Below, one piece after another: positions 49,037 to 58,000 of a stretch of 64,000 nt of DNA; positions within the stretch are counted from its first letter, which is position 1, and each line of letters begins with the position of its first letter. The notes beneath the pieces were generated by a model. It was not told the DNA's origin, made no database searches, and was given only the letters and a program-made list of their open reading frames with translations. Made by a program: the position numbers and the translations under genes. Location of the stretch: positions 3,381,126-3,445,125 of the forward strand of contig OY282386.1 in assembly GCA_958295945.1 (NCBI GenBank), written 5' to 3'. The DNA is from Candidatus Poribacteria bacterium (GTDB lineage Bacteria; Poribacteria; WGA-4E; WGA-3G).

Positions 49037-50401
49037 CTAAGCTTCGGTCATTGTTAAATTTTGTCCTGTCAAGAACGTCTTAAGAGCGTTTGTGTATTCT
49101 GGCATAGGATTTTGATCAACTATGTGGAATAATTCACGACCTACCTGAGAAAGCTCTATCCCTCTCCATTTAAGCCCTTGAATTTTATCTCGTTCTCCCG
49201 AAGGTAATAATATCCATCTCTGTTCCTGATGCAACAATTCTAAAATAGGGAACCAACTCTTATTATCTACCAACAAATTATACTCAAAGGAAGAGTTATA
49301 AGCTGAAATAATCAAACCATACTCGTTTAGGATATTAAGTGCTTGGAAACCTAAGCCATACTCACTGAGCTCGTCTAGCTCCGGATTGCCTCCTAAAGAA
49401 GGAACTCTAATGTCAACAATATTTTGTCCATATCCATCCTTGCGGGAGGAAACTCTCATATCAGGGACCTTTTTGGTGGCTGGAAATTCCATGACAACAC
49501 ATGCTGAACATAGTCTTTTGAACAATATTGCAGCATTTTCACTTAACTCACCAAGTGTTTTTACAGCTTTTATTGAATACGAACCCGGTTTCTCAATTTC
49601 ACCTGCTAATACACGACCAAAACGCCGTTGCATCTCTTCAGTACTTACCTGCCGAGCTTCGTTTTCAAAGTTGTTAAGCCAATCATCGTTGATTGCCGTT
49701 TCCTTGTTATTATCTGTTTCTTGATTTGTTGCCTCTGCAGATACTTCTTTATTAGGTTCACCAGTGTTTTGATTTGTTGTCTCTGCAGCTATCGATTTCT
49801 TAAGTTCATCTGCAGCAATAGCGGAGATTTTATCAAGATTGATTTGCTCTCTAATTATTTTTCCCGCGAATTTGTGCCCTGCCCTCCGGGCATACTCAGG
49901 ATCAACCTTTATGTCTTGAATAATCTGAGAAGTAATCTCCTCTCCAATTTTAATGCGTGCTTTTGATTCTGCCCGAGCTTCATCAGCTTTTCCTTCAAAA
50001 TACGCATTATACCACTTACTCGGAGCAGAACATAATTTGCCAAAAGCCTTAGACGCGTTCCGCCCTAACCAAGTAGAAATATCCAATCCGGATATAAAAT
50101 TGGTGACAACCTCAAGCGCGTTTCCCACTGTATCTTCGGGAACAACATCACGAGCCATGCTTGTTTCATCTTCGGTTGTTTCGGGTAAATCAGGTTTCGT
50201 TTCATCAGACATACTTATATCTTTCTTTTGATCTGGTGCACTTGGAGTCGGATTCTGCGTCGATTTGAGATTAACCTCAAATTCTACTTCGTGGGTTTCG
50301 TCCCAATAGTCGGCAAGACTATGTGTATCCCAAAATTCGCCAATTTCCTCTGGGGTTGCATCGGGAGGTGGCATCGGATCTCGCTTTTCATCTTCGTGCA
50401 T
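49037..50401 (-). CDS. CopG-antitoxin-like N-terminus fused to a DUF2806-like protein
   Basis: EEIGEFWDTHSLADYWDE, followed by REQINL, INDDWL, SEEMQ-like and LAGEIEKPGSYS motifs. Confidence 0.65.
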   Translation of the reverse strand: MHEDEKRDPMPPPDATPEEIGEFWDTHSLADYWDETHEVEFEVNLKSTQNPTPSAPDQKKDISMSDETKPDLPETTEDETSMARDVVPEDTVGNALEVVTNFISGLDISTWLGRNASKAFGKLCSAPSKWYNAYFEGKADEARAESKARIKIGEEITSQIIQDIKVDPEYARRAGHKFAGKIIREQINLDKISAIAADELKKSIAAETTNQNTGEPNKEVSAEATNQETDNNKETAINDDWLNNFENEARQVSTEEMQRRFGRVLAGEIEKPGSYSIKAVKTLGELSENAAILFKRLCSACVVMEFPATKKVPDMRVSSRKDGYGQNIVDIRVPSLGGNPELDELSEYGLGFQALNILNEYGLIISAYNSSFEYNLLVDNKSWFPILELLHQEQRWILLPSGERDKIQGLKWRGIELSQVGRELFHIVDQNPMPEYTNALKTFLTGQNLTMTEA

Positions 50402-50430
50402 ATATCCTTTCTCAAGCAAATCGGGAATCG

Positions 50431-50757
50431 CTAAGTCGTAACGACTCGCAGGTGTCCGCCTTTTTCGTTTGGAGGGGTGATACGAATTTCTACGTTGCAG
50501 TTCAACTGATTTAGGATTGTAAACAGTTTATCAATTTTAAAATCGAAATCACCGTTCTGTATACGTTCCACATCCGATGGATTGAGTCCAAAACGATCCT
50601 CTGCTTTTGCTGGCGTGAGTTTTAGTTCCTCAAGTAGGCGATAGATTTTAATTACGAGATTCACCCTTAACTGTTCACGCTCAGCTTCTTCTTTAGAAAA
50701 ACCGATGTCTAAAAACACATTGCCTGAACTTTCTTCAATTTTTATTTCTTCACTCAT
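50431..50757 (-). CDS. XRE-family HTH antitoxin (orphan)
   Basis: SSGNVFLDIG...LNQLNCNVEIRI, paralogous to 31627..31956. No adjacent toxin. Confidence 0.8.
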   Translation of the reverse strand: MSEEIKIEESSGNVFLDIGFSKEEAEREQLRVNLVIKIYRLLEELKLTPAKAEDRFGLNPSDVERIQNGDFDFKIDKLFTILNQLNCNVEIRITPPNEKGGHLRVVTT

Positions 50758-50791
50758 TTTTTTGCCCCATTTCTCAAACCCTACCTCAACA

Positions 50792-50989
50792 TTATACCGG
50801 ACTCTCTAAAATCTTCGCAACATTCTCTGCGATACGTTCTTCAAGTTGGTGTGCCTCTGCGTTTAGGATTTCTAACGCCTCATTGAGTTCACCGAACCGT
50901 TGTGTCCAGTCAAAATCCTCAGTTTTCTGTGTTGCTACACCGACATAACGTCCCGGGTTTAAGCTCCATTCTTGTGCTTCAATTTCTTC
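50792..50989 (-). pseudogene. Diverged duplicate of the hsdM 3' end
   Basis: [17 protein letters not shown]...AENVAKILE matches 52538-52724 and is preceded by an in-frame TAA. Confidence 0.85.
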
Positions 50990-51107
50990 TTAAATTTATC
51001 TATATGCATGTCCCTCCATAAAGTTTTTGTATGGGATGGAGTATCAAAGTACGGACTTTCTTGATAGGGCATTTTGTCTTCTTTATTCTCCCAAAATGTA
51101 TTTATTA

Positions 51108-51449
51108 TCACATTAAGTGATCGTTGAGAGGTGGTTTAAAATGTTGAACTAAAAGTTTCTCAATGTTAGAACGTGATTCGACTGGGTAAGGCACATAAAC
51201 AGAAATATGGTTCATTCCATGATGGAGTGCTTCATTCCATTTATGATGACCTGGACCCAATCTATCTCTAAGACCTTCTGTTTCACCAATATATAAAAAT
51301 TGGTGATTGTTTCCACATTGTGCATTAGGGAAGCCTTTCGAAAATATATAGACACCTGGAGCATTGTATCCTGGTCCCTCTAAATCATAAACAACAAATT
51401 GGTATGTCTTGTTACCGTCGGTAACATTCATCGGTCCTATCCGTGCCAT
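51108..51449 (-). CDS. Small GIY-YIG nuclease-family protein
   Basis: GVYIF...LYIGET..LRDRL...E...PPLN motifs and a GGAGG RBS. Confidence 0.75.
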   Translation of the reverse strand: MARIGPMNVTDGNKTYQFVVYDLEGPGYNAPGVYIFSKGFPNAQCGNNHQFLYIGETEGLRDRLGPGHHKWNEALHHGMNHISVYVPYPVESRSNIEKLLVQHFKPPLNDHLM

Positions 51450-51530
51450 TTTAACCTCCCTTTACTCCATTATAAAAAATTAGTTATTTCAACTCGACGA
51501 TAGTAAAACGTTTGGTTCAAGGATAAAAAG

Positions 51531-51593
51531 TTAAGTCGTAACGACTCGCAGGTGTCCGCCTTTTTCGTTGGAAGGCTAAATATGAATTTCAAC
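51531..51593 (-). repeat. Remnant of an XRE antitoxin 3' end (direct repeat of 50431-50493)
   Basis: TAAGTCGTAACGACTCGCAGGTGTCCGCCTTTTTCGTT is identical at both sites. Confidence 0.8.
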
Positions 51594-51617
51594 TTCAGCA
51601 AGGTGTCGGTGATTATC

Positions 51618-51917
51618 TTACATAGGGATATGTTCCACTTCAATCTCAAGCCATGAATCCCATTGATGTTCAGAGACATAAGTTTTGCCAATTTTTTTTA
51701 TCTTTTCTATGTACATATCTACTTTTTCTAAATCTGAGTCTTTTGGATAGGAAACCATTAGGGTAAGTGTTTTTCCATCATCTTTTGGCATATATATACT
51801 CTTGAATTTTCCATCATAAGGCACTTCCAGAATTGGCGAAAATGAATTTAATGCAAATGCTAACCATTCTAAACGAGATGGAGTGTAATGTTCTAAACCT
51901 GGGGCTTTTTCTGCCAT
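51618..51917 (-). CDS. Hypothetical protein (99 aa)
   Basis: AAGGAG RBS, YTPSRLEWL motif, operonic. Confidence 0.7.
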   Translation of the reverse strand: MAEKAPGLEHYTPSRLEWLAFALNSFSPILEVPYDGKFKSIYMPKDDGKTLTLMVSYPKDSDLEKVDMYIEKIKKIGKTYVSEHQWDSWLEIEVEHIPM

Positions 51918-51936
51918 GCTGATCTCCTTTGGAGGG

Positions 51937-52344
51937 TTATAGGTACTTGCTAATTAGAGGAACAATAACAGCAGCGATTGCTACGGTTGTGCCTATAAAC
52001 CATCTCAATCCTGATATTCTATCCTTGATGTCATCTCTAACTATTTGAATATCATTCTTTAAGTCTGTTTTAACTTCATTTATATGATTTTCGACACCTT
52101 TTATATCATTCTTTAAGTCTGTTTTAACTTCATTTATGTTATTCTCTAAGTCTGTTTTGACTTCTCTTATGTTATTCTCTAAGTCTGTTTTGACTTGGAG
52201 AATGTCGCCCTTAAGATCTGTTTTGACTTCATTAATCCGATTTTCAAGGAGAGATTCATTTTTTACGATCTCTATACTAGTCACTTCTTTGTCAGTCGTA
52301 TGGACTTGTAGGAATTCAAGTATGTCGTCTTTGGAATCTGCCAT
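51937..52344 (-). CDS. Membrane-anchored coiled-coil protein (CCDC90/DUF1640/Bdr-like)
   Basis: 11-aa repeats (IxEVKTDL.xx) and a C-terminal TM (LRWFIGTTVAIAAV). Confidence 0.75.
   Translation of the reverse strand: MADSKDDILEFLQVHTTDKEVTSIEIVKNESLLENRINEVKTDLKGDILQVKTDLENNIREVKTDLENNINEVKTDLKNDIKGVENHINEVKTDLKNDIQIVRDDIKDRISGLRWFIGTTVAIAAVIVPLISKYL
52051..52233 (-). repeat. 33-bp coding tandem repeat (about 5 units)
   Basis: TAAGTCTGTTTT(G/A)ACTT recurs at a 33-bp period, with one 21-bp interruption. Confidence 0.8.
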
Positions 52345-52432
52345 CACCCACTCCTTATTTGGCAGTTGCTTCTTGTATTAAACAAAGTCTATCATATTGA
52401 GGCAAAAAAGGCAAGAAAAGTAGAAGCATGGG

Positions 52433-52484
52433 AATCGGACTTCCCTCCTACTGCGATATGTCGGAAATAGAAATTCGTTCCTAC
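52433..52484. repeat. Two degenerate REP-like units ending CCTAC downstream of hsdM
   Basis: ATCGGACTTCCCTCCTAC and TCGGAAATAGAAATTCGTTCCTAC. Confidence 0.45.
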
Positions 52485-52526
52485 CTTTGACAAAAACAGA
52501 TATTAATCGAAAACTAAATAGTCTTG

Positions 52527-54092
52527 TTAAGTCCTATTCTCTAAAATCTCTGCAACATTCTCTGCGATGCGTTCTTCAAGTTGGTGTGCTTCAGCGTTTA
52601 GGATTTCTAATTCCTCATTGAGTTCACTGAACCGTTGCGTAAAGTCAAAATCCTCAGCTTCCTGTGTTGCTACACCGACATAACGTCCAGGGTTCAAACT
52701 CCATCCCTGTGCTTCAATTTCTTCCACTGTAGCAACCTTACAAAGACCTGGGACATCAACGTATTTTCCATCGGGGAATTTGGTATTTTGGAGTTCCTCG
52801 CTATTATGTCTATTTTCAGGTGTTTCGTTTCGGTAAAGGCGCGCTATGTTTGCTAAGAATTCGAGTTGCATGGAAGTGAATTCTCGATGCGCCCGGCTGA
52901 CTTGTTGATAAAGATGGCGCGCATCAATGAAGAGGACTTTATCGTGTCTGTCGGTGTTCTGTTTGGATTTGTCGAAAAACCAGAGGGTACACGGCAGCGT
53001 TACAGTGTAGAAGAAATTTGATGCAATGCTAATCATCACATCTACAACACGGGATTCAATAATCTGCTTACGAATTTCTAATTCCGAAGCGCGCGCGTCT
53101 GCAGCGGAGTTTGCCATCACAAAACCCGCTTTACCGGTATCGTTCAGTGAGCTCAGAAACAACTGTATCCAAATATAATTAGCATTACCTACGCGCGGCA
53201 TGCCGAATGGGAATCGTGGATCGTCCTTTATACGATCCATGTCTACTCTATCAACATTAAAGGGAGGATTCGCCATCACAAAATCAAATTTACCTAAAGA
53301 TTTATGCGGGTCTTCGTAATAACTGTTGGCTTGCCTGATGTCCCCTTCATGTCCATGCACTGCAAGGTTCATCTTACAGAGTCTGATAGTCTCATTTACC
53401 CGTTCAACGCCATGAATGCTAATATGTCCTTGATTACCGTTTTGTGTGTGATTCCGAATGAACTCTTCGCTTTGAACGAACATGCCACCGGACCCACACG
53501 CAGGGTCAAGGATACGTCCGTGGAATGGTTGGAGTATTTCAACGATGAGTTTAACAAGTGAAGTCGGGGTGAAGAACTCACCGCCTTTTTGTCCCTCACT
53601 CATAGCAAAATTACCGAGAAAGTATTCGTAGACCTTACCGAAGGTATCGCCTTCAATGTCCATCGAAATTTGTTCCATAATGCGTAGCAGTTCTATGAGG
53701 GTACTCTTTTCAAGGCGATTGTAGTTTTTGGGCAAAACCCCTTCTACCTGTTTGTTTTCAGCTTCAATAGCTTTCATTGCGTTAGAGATAGCTTGACCGA
53801 TGTTATCGCTTTCTGGTAAATTCAGAAGATGTTGGAATCTTGATTCTTCTGGTAAATAAAAGGCACCACGTGCATGGAATTGTGTTCTTTCATCAATTTG
53901 TCTCCGCGTACCGGATGGTGTTCCAGTGCTGAGTTCTTGTTGTACTTGTTTGAATTTATAGTCCGCGTATTTCAGAAAGATAAGTCCTAAGACCGGTGTG
54001 GAGTATTCAGAACCCTTGAGACTTGAATTGGCTCGCAATTCATCTGCGGCACTCCACAGTTTGTTTTCGATTTGAGTCAAATTAGTATTCAT
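52527..54092 (-). CDS. hsdM: Type I R-M methyltransferase subunit (N6-adenine)
   Basis: [23 protein letters not shown] and NPPF motifs. Confidence 0.95.
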   Translation of the reverse strand: MNTNLTQIENKLWSAADELRANSSLKGSEYSTPVLGLIFLKYADYKFKQVQQELSTGTPSGTRRQIDERTQFHARGAFYLPEESRFQHLLNLPESDNIGQAISNAMKAIEAENKQVEGVLPKNYNRLEKSTLIELLRIMEQISMDIEGDTFGKVYEYFLGNFAMSEGQKGGEFFTPTSLVKLIVEILQPFHGRILDPACGSGGMFVQSEEFIRNHTQNGNQGHISIHGVERVNETIRLCKMNLAVHGHEGDIRQANSYYEDPHKSLGKFDFVMANPPFNVDRVDMDRIKDDPRFPFGMPRVGNANYIWIQLFLSSLNDTGKAGFVMANSAADARASELEIRKQIIESRVVDVMISIASNFFYTVTLPCTLWFFDKSKQNTDRHDKVLFIDARHLYQQVSRAHREFTSMQLEFLANIARLYRNETPENRHNSEELQNTKFPDGKYVDVPGLCKVATVEEIEAQGWSLNPGRYVGVATQEAEDFDFTQRFSELNEELEILNAEAHQLEERIAENVAEILENRT

Positions 54093-54172
54093 ATTCTTTT
54101 GAATTCCATTGCACATTAGCGCGTTAAAAGTTCTGATAAGTTACAAGTGTATACACTTCAAATTCAACAACA

Positions 54173-57100
54173 TTAGAAGAAGGAACGACCCAGTGAATTG
54201 CCCGATCCGAACGCGTTATACGGAACACCGGCAGGTAAGGTGTGCATTCCCCATGTATCGGTTGTTGCATCATAACCGACACCCATGGAGACTGCTGGTT
54301 CACCAATCAAGTTAACCTGAAATGTAAAATCTTGTCGCACAGTGTCAAACGGAGGATCCCGTTTAATACCGACCCGACTCCAAGAGACACGCAAGTTCCA
54401 ATCGTGCAAGTTCCGGTTAAGACTGATGCGCTGTGAGTAAAATTGCCCTTCAATCGGATAATAGATGAGACTGAAATCACACTCAAGATCCTTACTAAAA
54501 CGGTATCTGCCATTAGCCGTAATTGAGCGTGATGCACGTATAGATGTGTGTCGTTTACTGAAAGAATTACCGACACTTACATACCACTGTTGCCGTGTGT
54601 ATCTGATGTTCGTCCGAATACCCACCATCTTGAATTGTTTGCCATCTTTTGGATGCGGATTTGGGTCATGTGTCATACGCACAGTCATGTGTAGGTTGCG
54701 ACTGGGTAGCGGAACGATTGTGAAATCGCTATCAATCGGTTCGAATTTACGTCTATAAAGCGATTCAAATTCAGTGAAATCAGCGGTGAACCTTGTATCA
54801 AAATAGAAGATACGATGAGCAGATTGGCTGCGGCGCGTTTTTATTTCAATGTTGGTATTGAAGTTGTATGTTAGTCTTTTGCGTTCATAAAAATAGGTGC
54901 TTGGACCAAATGGATAAAGACTGTTATCAGCATCAATAGGTGGTTGATAATCAAACGTCAGTGAGGATTGAATTTCATGCCGTAATTTTCTCACTGTGGG
55001 TATTAATCTTGTGTTATAGATGCGGAATAAGGTGTTTGTTGCTTGTGCTCTAACATTGTAAACACCTCTTATAATGTTCCTATTTTTGTCTTGATCTTTT
55101 GCATGCCAAATAGCGTTTGTGTTCAGACTTGCATTTAGCTTTATCTCTCGCAATGGCGTTATGAATACATTTGCTTGTTTACGTAGATCAAAACCTAAAT
55201 CCAAAGTCTGAAGGAATACATTATTTTCCTCACCATGTTTACCACGATATGTCTGCCTATAAAAGTTCCCGAATTCAATATCCATATCAAAACTGGTATC
55301 TTCAAGAGTAGGGAAAGCAAAGAGGGAGAGAATCGGCAGATCGGTTTTCATTTTCTCAGAGACGTACACCATTCCATCGTTAATTGATTCAAAAACAGGC
55401 AGCCTACTAAACCGCATCCGTGAAAAGTTGACAGATAATTGGGGCAATTTTTGGAGAGCGGTATTTCCTTCTCCAGAGAAATCGTGGATATGACGTATTT
55501 CCAGTCTGCTGGTGAAGTCACCGATGGTTTCCCTTGAATATCTTAGGTTTCCGTCTTCATCAACGTCTTTATCACTGGCAGTTGAGAATGCAGTGCCATA
55601 GGTGAAAATCCCGAATGAATTCAGCGTAGATTCGTTTATGTACCCCAAATCCTCTTTATAGTGGAGTGCGCGCCATGCTGTTCGTCCAACGAAACTCAAG
55701 GGACGTCGTCCATCCTTGCGACTGTCCCAAGGAGTATAAAAGGATTGCCTGTGTCCCCATCGCATATTCCACCGTCTACCGATTCGGGATGCGTTCTGTC
55801 TGCTAAATGAATATTCATCTGCACCGTAGAGATAGATGTCACCATAATAACTTCGTTTCTTGTCAACCTTGATGACTCGAAATGATTTTTTTGTATTTAT
55901 GACGCGACTGTATTCTCCAGCATATAGACTCTGTGCTTCGGATGCGACTTGCCGCGGGTCTTCCCATCTTCCACGAAAACCGTGTTTGCGATGGACCTCA
56001 AAGGTTTCCTCCTCTTCACCGTCTTCACTCTCACCAACTTTTTTCATTGATTGTTGTGTAGATGTATCATCTTCAATTTGTTCAGTTTGTTCTTCTGTCG
56101 GCACTGATGGTGAGGTAGTATCTTCTGCAGAGGATGTGTCATTATCATCAGAAGTAGTGGATTTTTCCTCTTCACTGGGTGTTGAAAGCACTTCCGCTTC
56201 AAAGGTTTTCCATTCTGCTTTAAACTGCTCGGCAAGTTCCTCAAATTCAGGTGTTTCATCTTTTTTGATTAATTGGAAGATATAAAGTCCTTCAGGTGAA
56301 AAAACGGGACTTTGTTCAGTAATATCACCAGGATTTTTCAAACGTCGGACAGAATACTGCCATCCCGAATTCATCTCATTTAGAGGTAGTCCATTCCCTT
56401 CATTTATTTCTGACAATACTGCATCAGGGAATTCATCTGCAAGTTCCTCAAAGGTTTCTCCACCAAGTGCACGTTCATGTATTTTATCAGTTACCGTTCG
56501 GACTGTCTGTTGAGTCTCAGTGCTTGCTTCTATAGCAATATCTATGCGGCTTAATTTAACCTCTCTTTCACCATAGATATCAAGCACGCGTTCTACTTTG
56601 AGGATATGGAATGCGGATTCTGTTCGTAAGACCTTGCTAACTTCACCCTCCTTAAGTGCAAATGCTGTTTCTTCTAATATTGGATCAAGTAATGGATTTT
56701 CATCTTTGTCTTTTTCGCCTCGGACGATGAAACCCATATCACCCCCATCATATCGTGTGTCTGTGTGGTCAGATTCTGACTGTGCAATCTGCGAAAAGTC
56801 AGCAGCTTCTTCTGTCAGTCGTTTGAATATCGCTTCCGCTTCTTCTTGTGCGCGGTCAGCATCTTCGTCAGTTATTTTGTATTCCAGAAAAAGTTGTTTG
56901 AGCCAATAACGGTCATAATCCCCTTCAAGACGATCATATATCTCCTTTGCCTTATCTTCCAATTTTGTGCGTTGTGCTGGTGTTGCATCTGGTGGAATGG
57001 GTATATGTATTTCCTGAAACTGCGTATCTCTGAACCGATATTTTCCTTCAAAACCGTAACCTTGTCCTCTACGTGCACTTCTATCATAAAGCAGCGCGCC

Positions 57101-57994
57101 ATCATACCGTCTCTTACGTGCCACAGGTAGAATGATACTTATATTTGGACCTTGGTAACTATCTGTTCCTACCCTAACAATAATCTTCGCTACTTTATCT
57201 TTGCGTAAGTCTCTGCGGATAGCGGGAAAATAGAAAAGAGGGATGCCACCGATTCGCAAGACGATGTTCTTTGCTATCATCTCTTGGTTCATTTTAATGA
57301 TTACTTCAGATACACTGAAATGGTAGTGCGGATATTTGAGGGAACATGTTGTGAGTGAGCCACCGCGGATATAAGATTTCTTATTCTCTATTTTGAAGAT
57401 TTCACTACCACCGAAGTACCATGGATCACTAAATGTGTAACCATTTCTGGCAATCCCTTTTTTTGTTTCAAGATTGAAAACAAGTTCATCGGAATAGGTT
57501 TCTTCGTTGTCCACTTTCAGATATACATTGCCAGCAGCACGCACAAGATTGTCGTTGAAGTCTGCCCATACATGATCTGCCCGTAAAATCACATCTTCAA
57601 ATTTGATGAGCGCATTGCCGTGTATCTGCACAAAGTTATCTTGCAAAATTACCTCATCCCCATCACCGATAACAGTGCCATCTTCTGGAGTCATCTGCTC
57701 AATATCTAATCCTTCTTTAGCAACATTAATCGGTTGTGATTCGTTTTCGGTGGTTTCTGGAGTTGGGGTTTGTTCGCCTTGTGGTTGTTGCCCCTGAACT
57801 GAGGGTATATGCAAAAAAAGACAGGTTAATGCCATTGCTGCAAAGAGTAAGACCTGTATATACCCATTGAGACGATGAGAATTCTCAATTGATGTGGTTC
57901 TTGGATAACACAGATGATACAACTTGAATTTGGAAGAATAATTTTTGGATATAGGTGGGTAATCTTCGTTTTTCTGCACAGGTTTATTACTCAA
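54173..57994 (-). CDS. lptD: LptD-like LPS assembly protein with inserted parvulin PPIase domains
   Basis: Beta-jellyroll (GNA...LRAD...GNV), TTCSLKYPHY, GIPLFYFP and a C-terminal barrel (SLNRNLHDW). The insert contains FSQIA..ESD...GGDMGF...AFALKEGEVS...FHILK. Confidence 0.8.
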   Translation of the reverse strand: MSNKPVQKNEDYPPISKNYSSKFKLYHLCYPRTTSIENSHRLNGYIQVLLFAAMALTCLFLHIPSVQGQQPQGEQTPTPETTENESQPINVAKEGLDIEQMTPEDGTVIGDGDEVILQDNFVQIHGNALIKFEDVILRADHVWADFNDNLVRAAGNVYLKVDNEETYSDELVFNLETKKGIARNGYTFSDPWYFGGSEIFKIENKKSYIRGGSLTTCSLKYPHYHFSVSEVIIKMNQEMIAKNIVLRIGGIPLFYFPAIRRDLRKDKVAKIIVRVGTDSYQGPNISIILPVARKRRYDGALLYDRSARRGQGYGFEGKYRFRDTQFQEIHIPIPPDATPAQRTKLEDKAKEIYDRLEGDYDRYWLKQLFLEYKITDEDADRAQEEAEAIFKRLTEEAADFSQIAQSESDHTDTRYDGGDMGFIVRGEKDKDENPLLDPILEETAFALKEGEVSKVLRTESAFHILKVERVLDIYGEREVKLSRIDIAIEASTETQQTVRTVTDKIHERALGGETFEELADEFPDAVLSEINEGNGLPLNEMNSGWQYSVRRLKNPGDITEQSPVFSPEGLYIFQLIKKDETPEFEELAEQFKAEWKTFEAEVLSTPSEEEKSTTSDDNDTSSAEDTTSPSVPTEEQTEQIEDDTSTQQSMKKVGESEDGEEEETFEVHRKHGFRGRWEDPRQVASEAQSLYAGEYSRVINTKKSFRVIKVDKKRSYYGDIYLYGADEYSFSRQNASRIGRRWNMRWGHRQSFYTPWDSRKDGRRPLSFVGRTAWRALHYKEDLGYINESTLNSFGIFTYGTAFSTASDKDVDEDGNLRYSRETIGDFTSRLEIRHIHDFSGEGNTALQKLPQLSVNFSRMRFSRLPVFESINDGMVYVSEKMKTDLPILSLFAFPTLEDTSFDMDIEFGNFYRQTYRGKHGEENNVFLQTLDLGFDLRKQANVFITPLREIKLNASLNTNAIWHAKDQDKNRNIIRGVYNVRAQATNTLFRIYNTRLIPTVRKLRHEIQSSLTFDYQPPIDADNSLYPFGPSTYFYERKRLTYNFNTNIEIKTRRSQSAHRIFYFDTRFTADFTEFESLYRRKFEPIDSDFTIVPLPSRNLHMTVRMTHDPNPHPKDGKQFKMVGIRTNIRYTRQQWYVSVGNSFSKRHTSIRASRSITANGRYRFSKDLECDFSLIYYPIEGQFYSQRISLNRNLHDWNLRVSWSRVGIKRDPPFDTVRQDFTFQVNLIGEPAVSMGVGYDATTDTWGMHTLPAGVPYNAFGSGNSLGRSFF

Positions 57995-58000
57995 ACAATA

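Noticed and set aside
52051-52233. 33-bp periodic repeat as a CRISPR array
   Set aside because: It is an in-frame coding repeat with no unique spacers.
46700-52400. Cargo genes as an integron cassette array
   Set aside because: No recurrent attC-like palindromes between the genes and no integrase were seen.
50792-52724. hsdM duplication as a DGR template/variable pair or an hsdS shufflon
   Set aside because: Mismatches are not adenine-specific, and there is no reverse transcriptase, second hsdS, inverted repeat or recombinase in the window.
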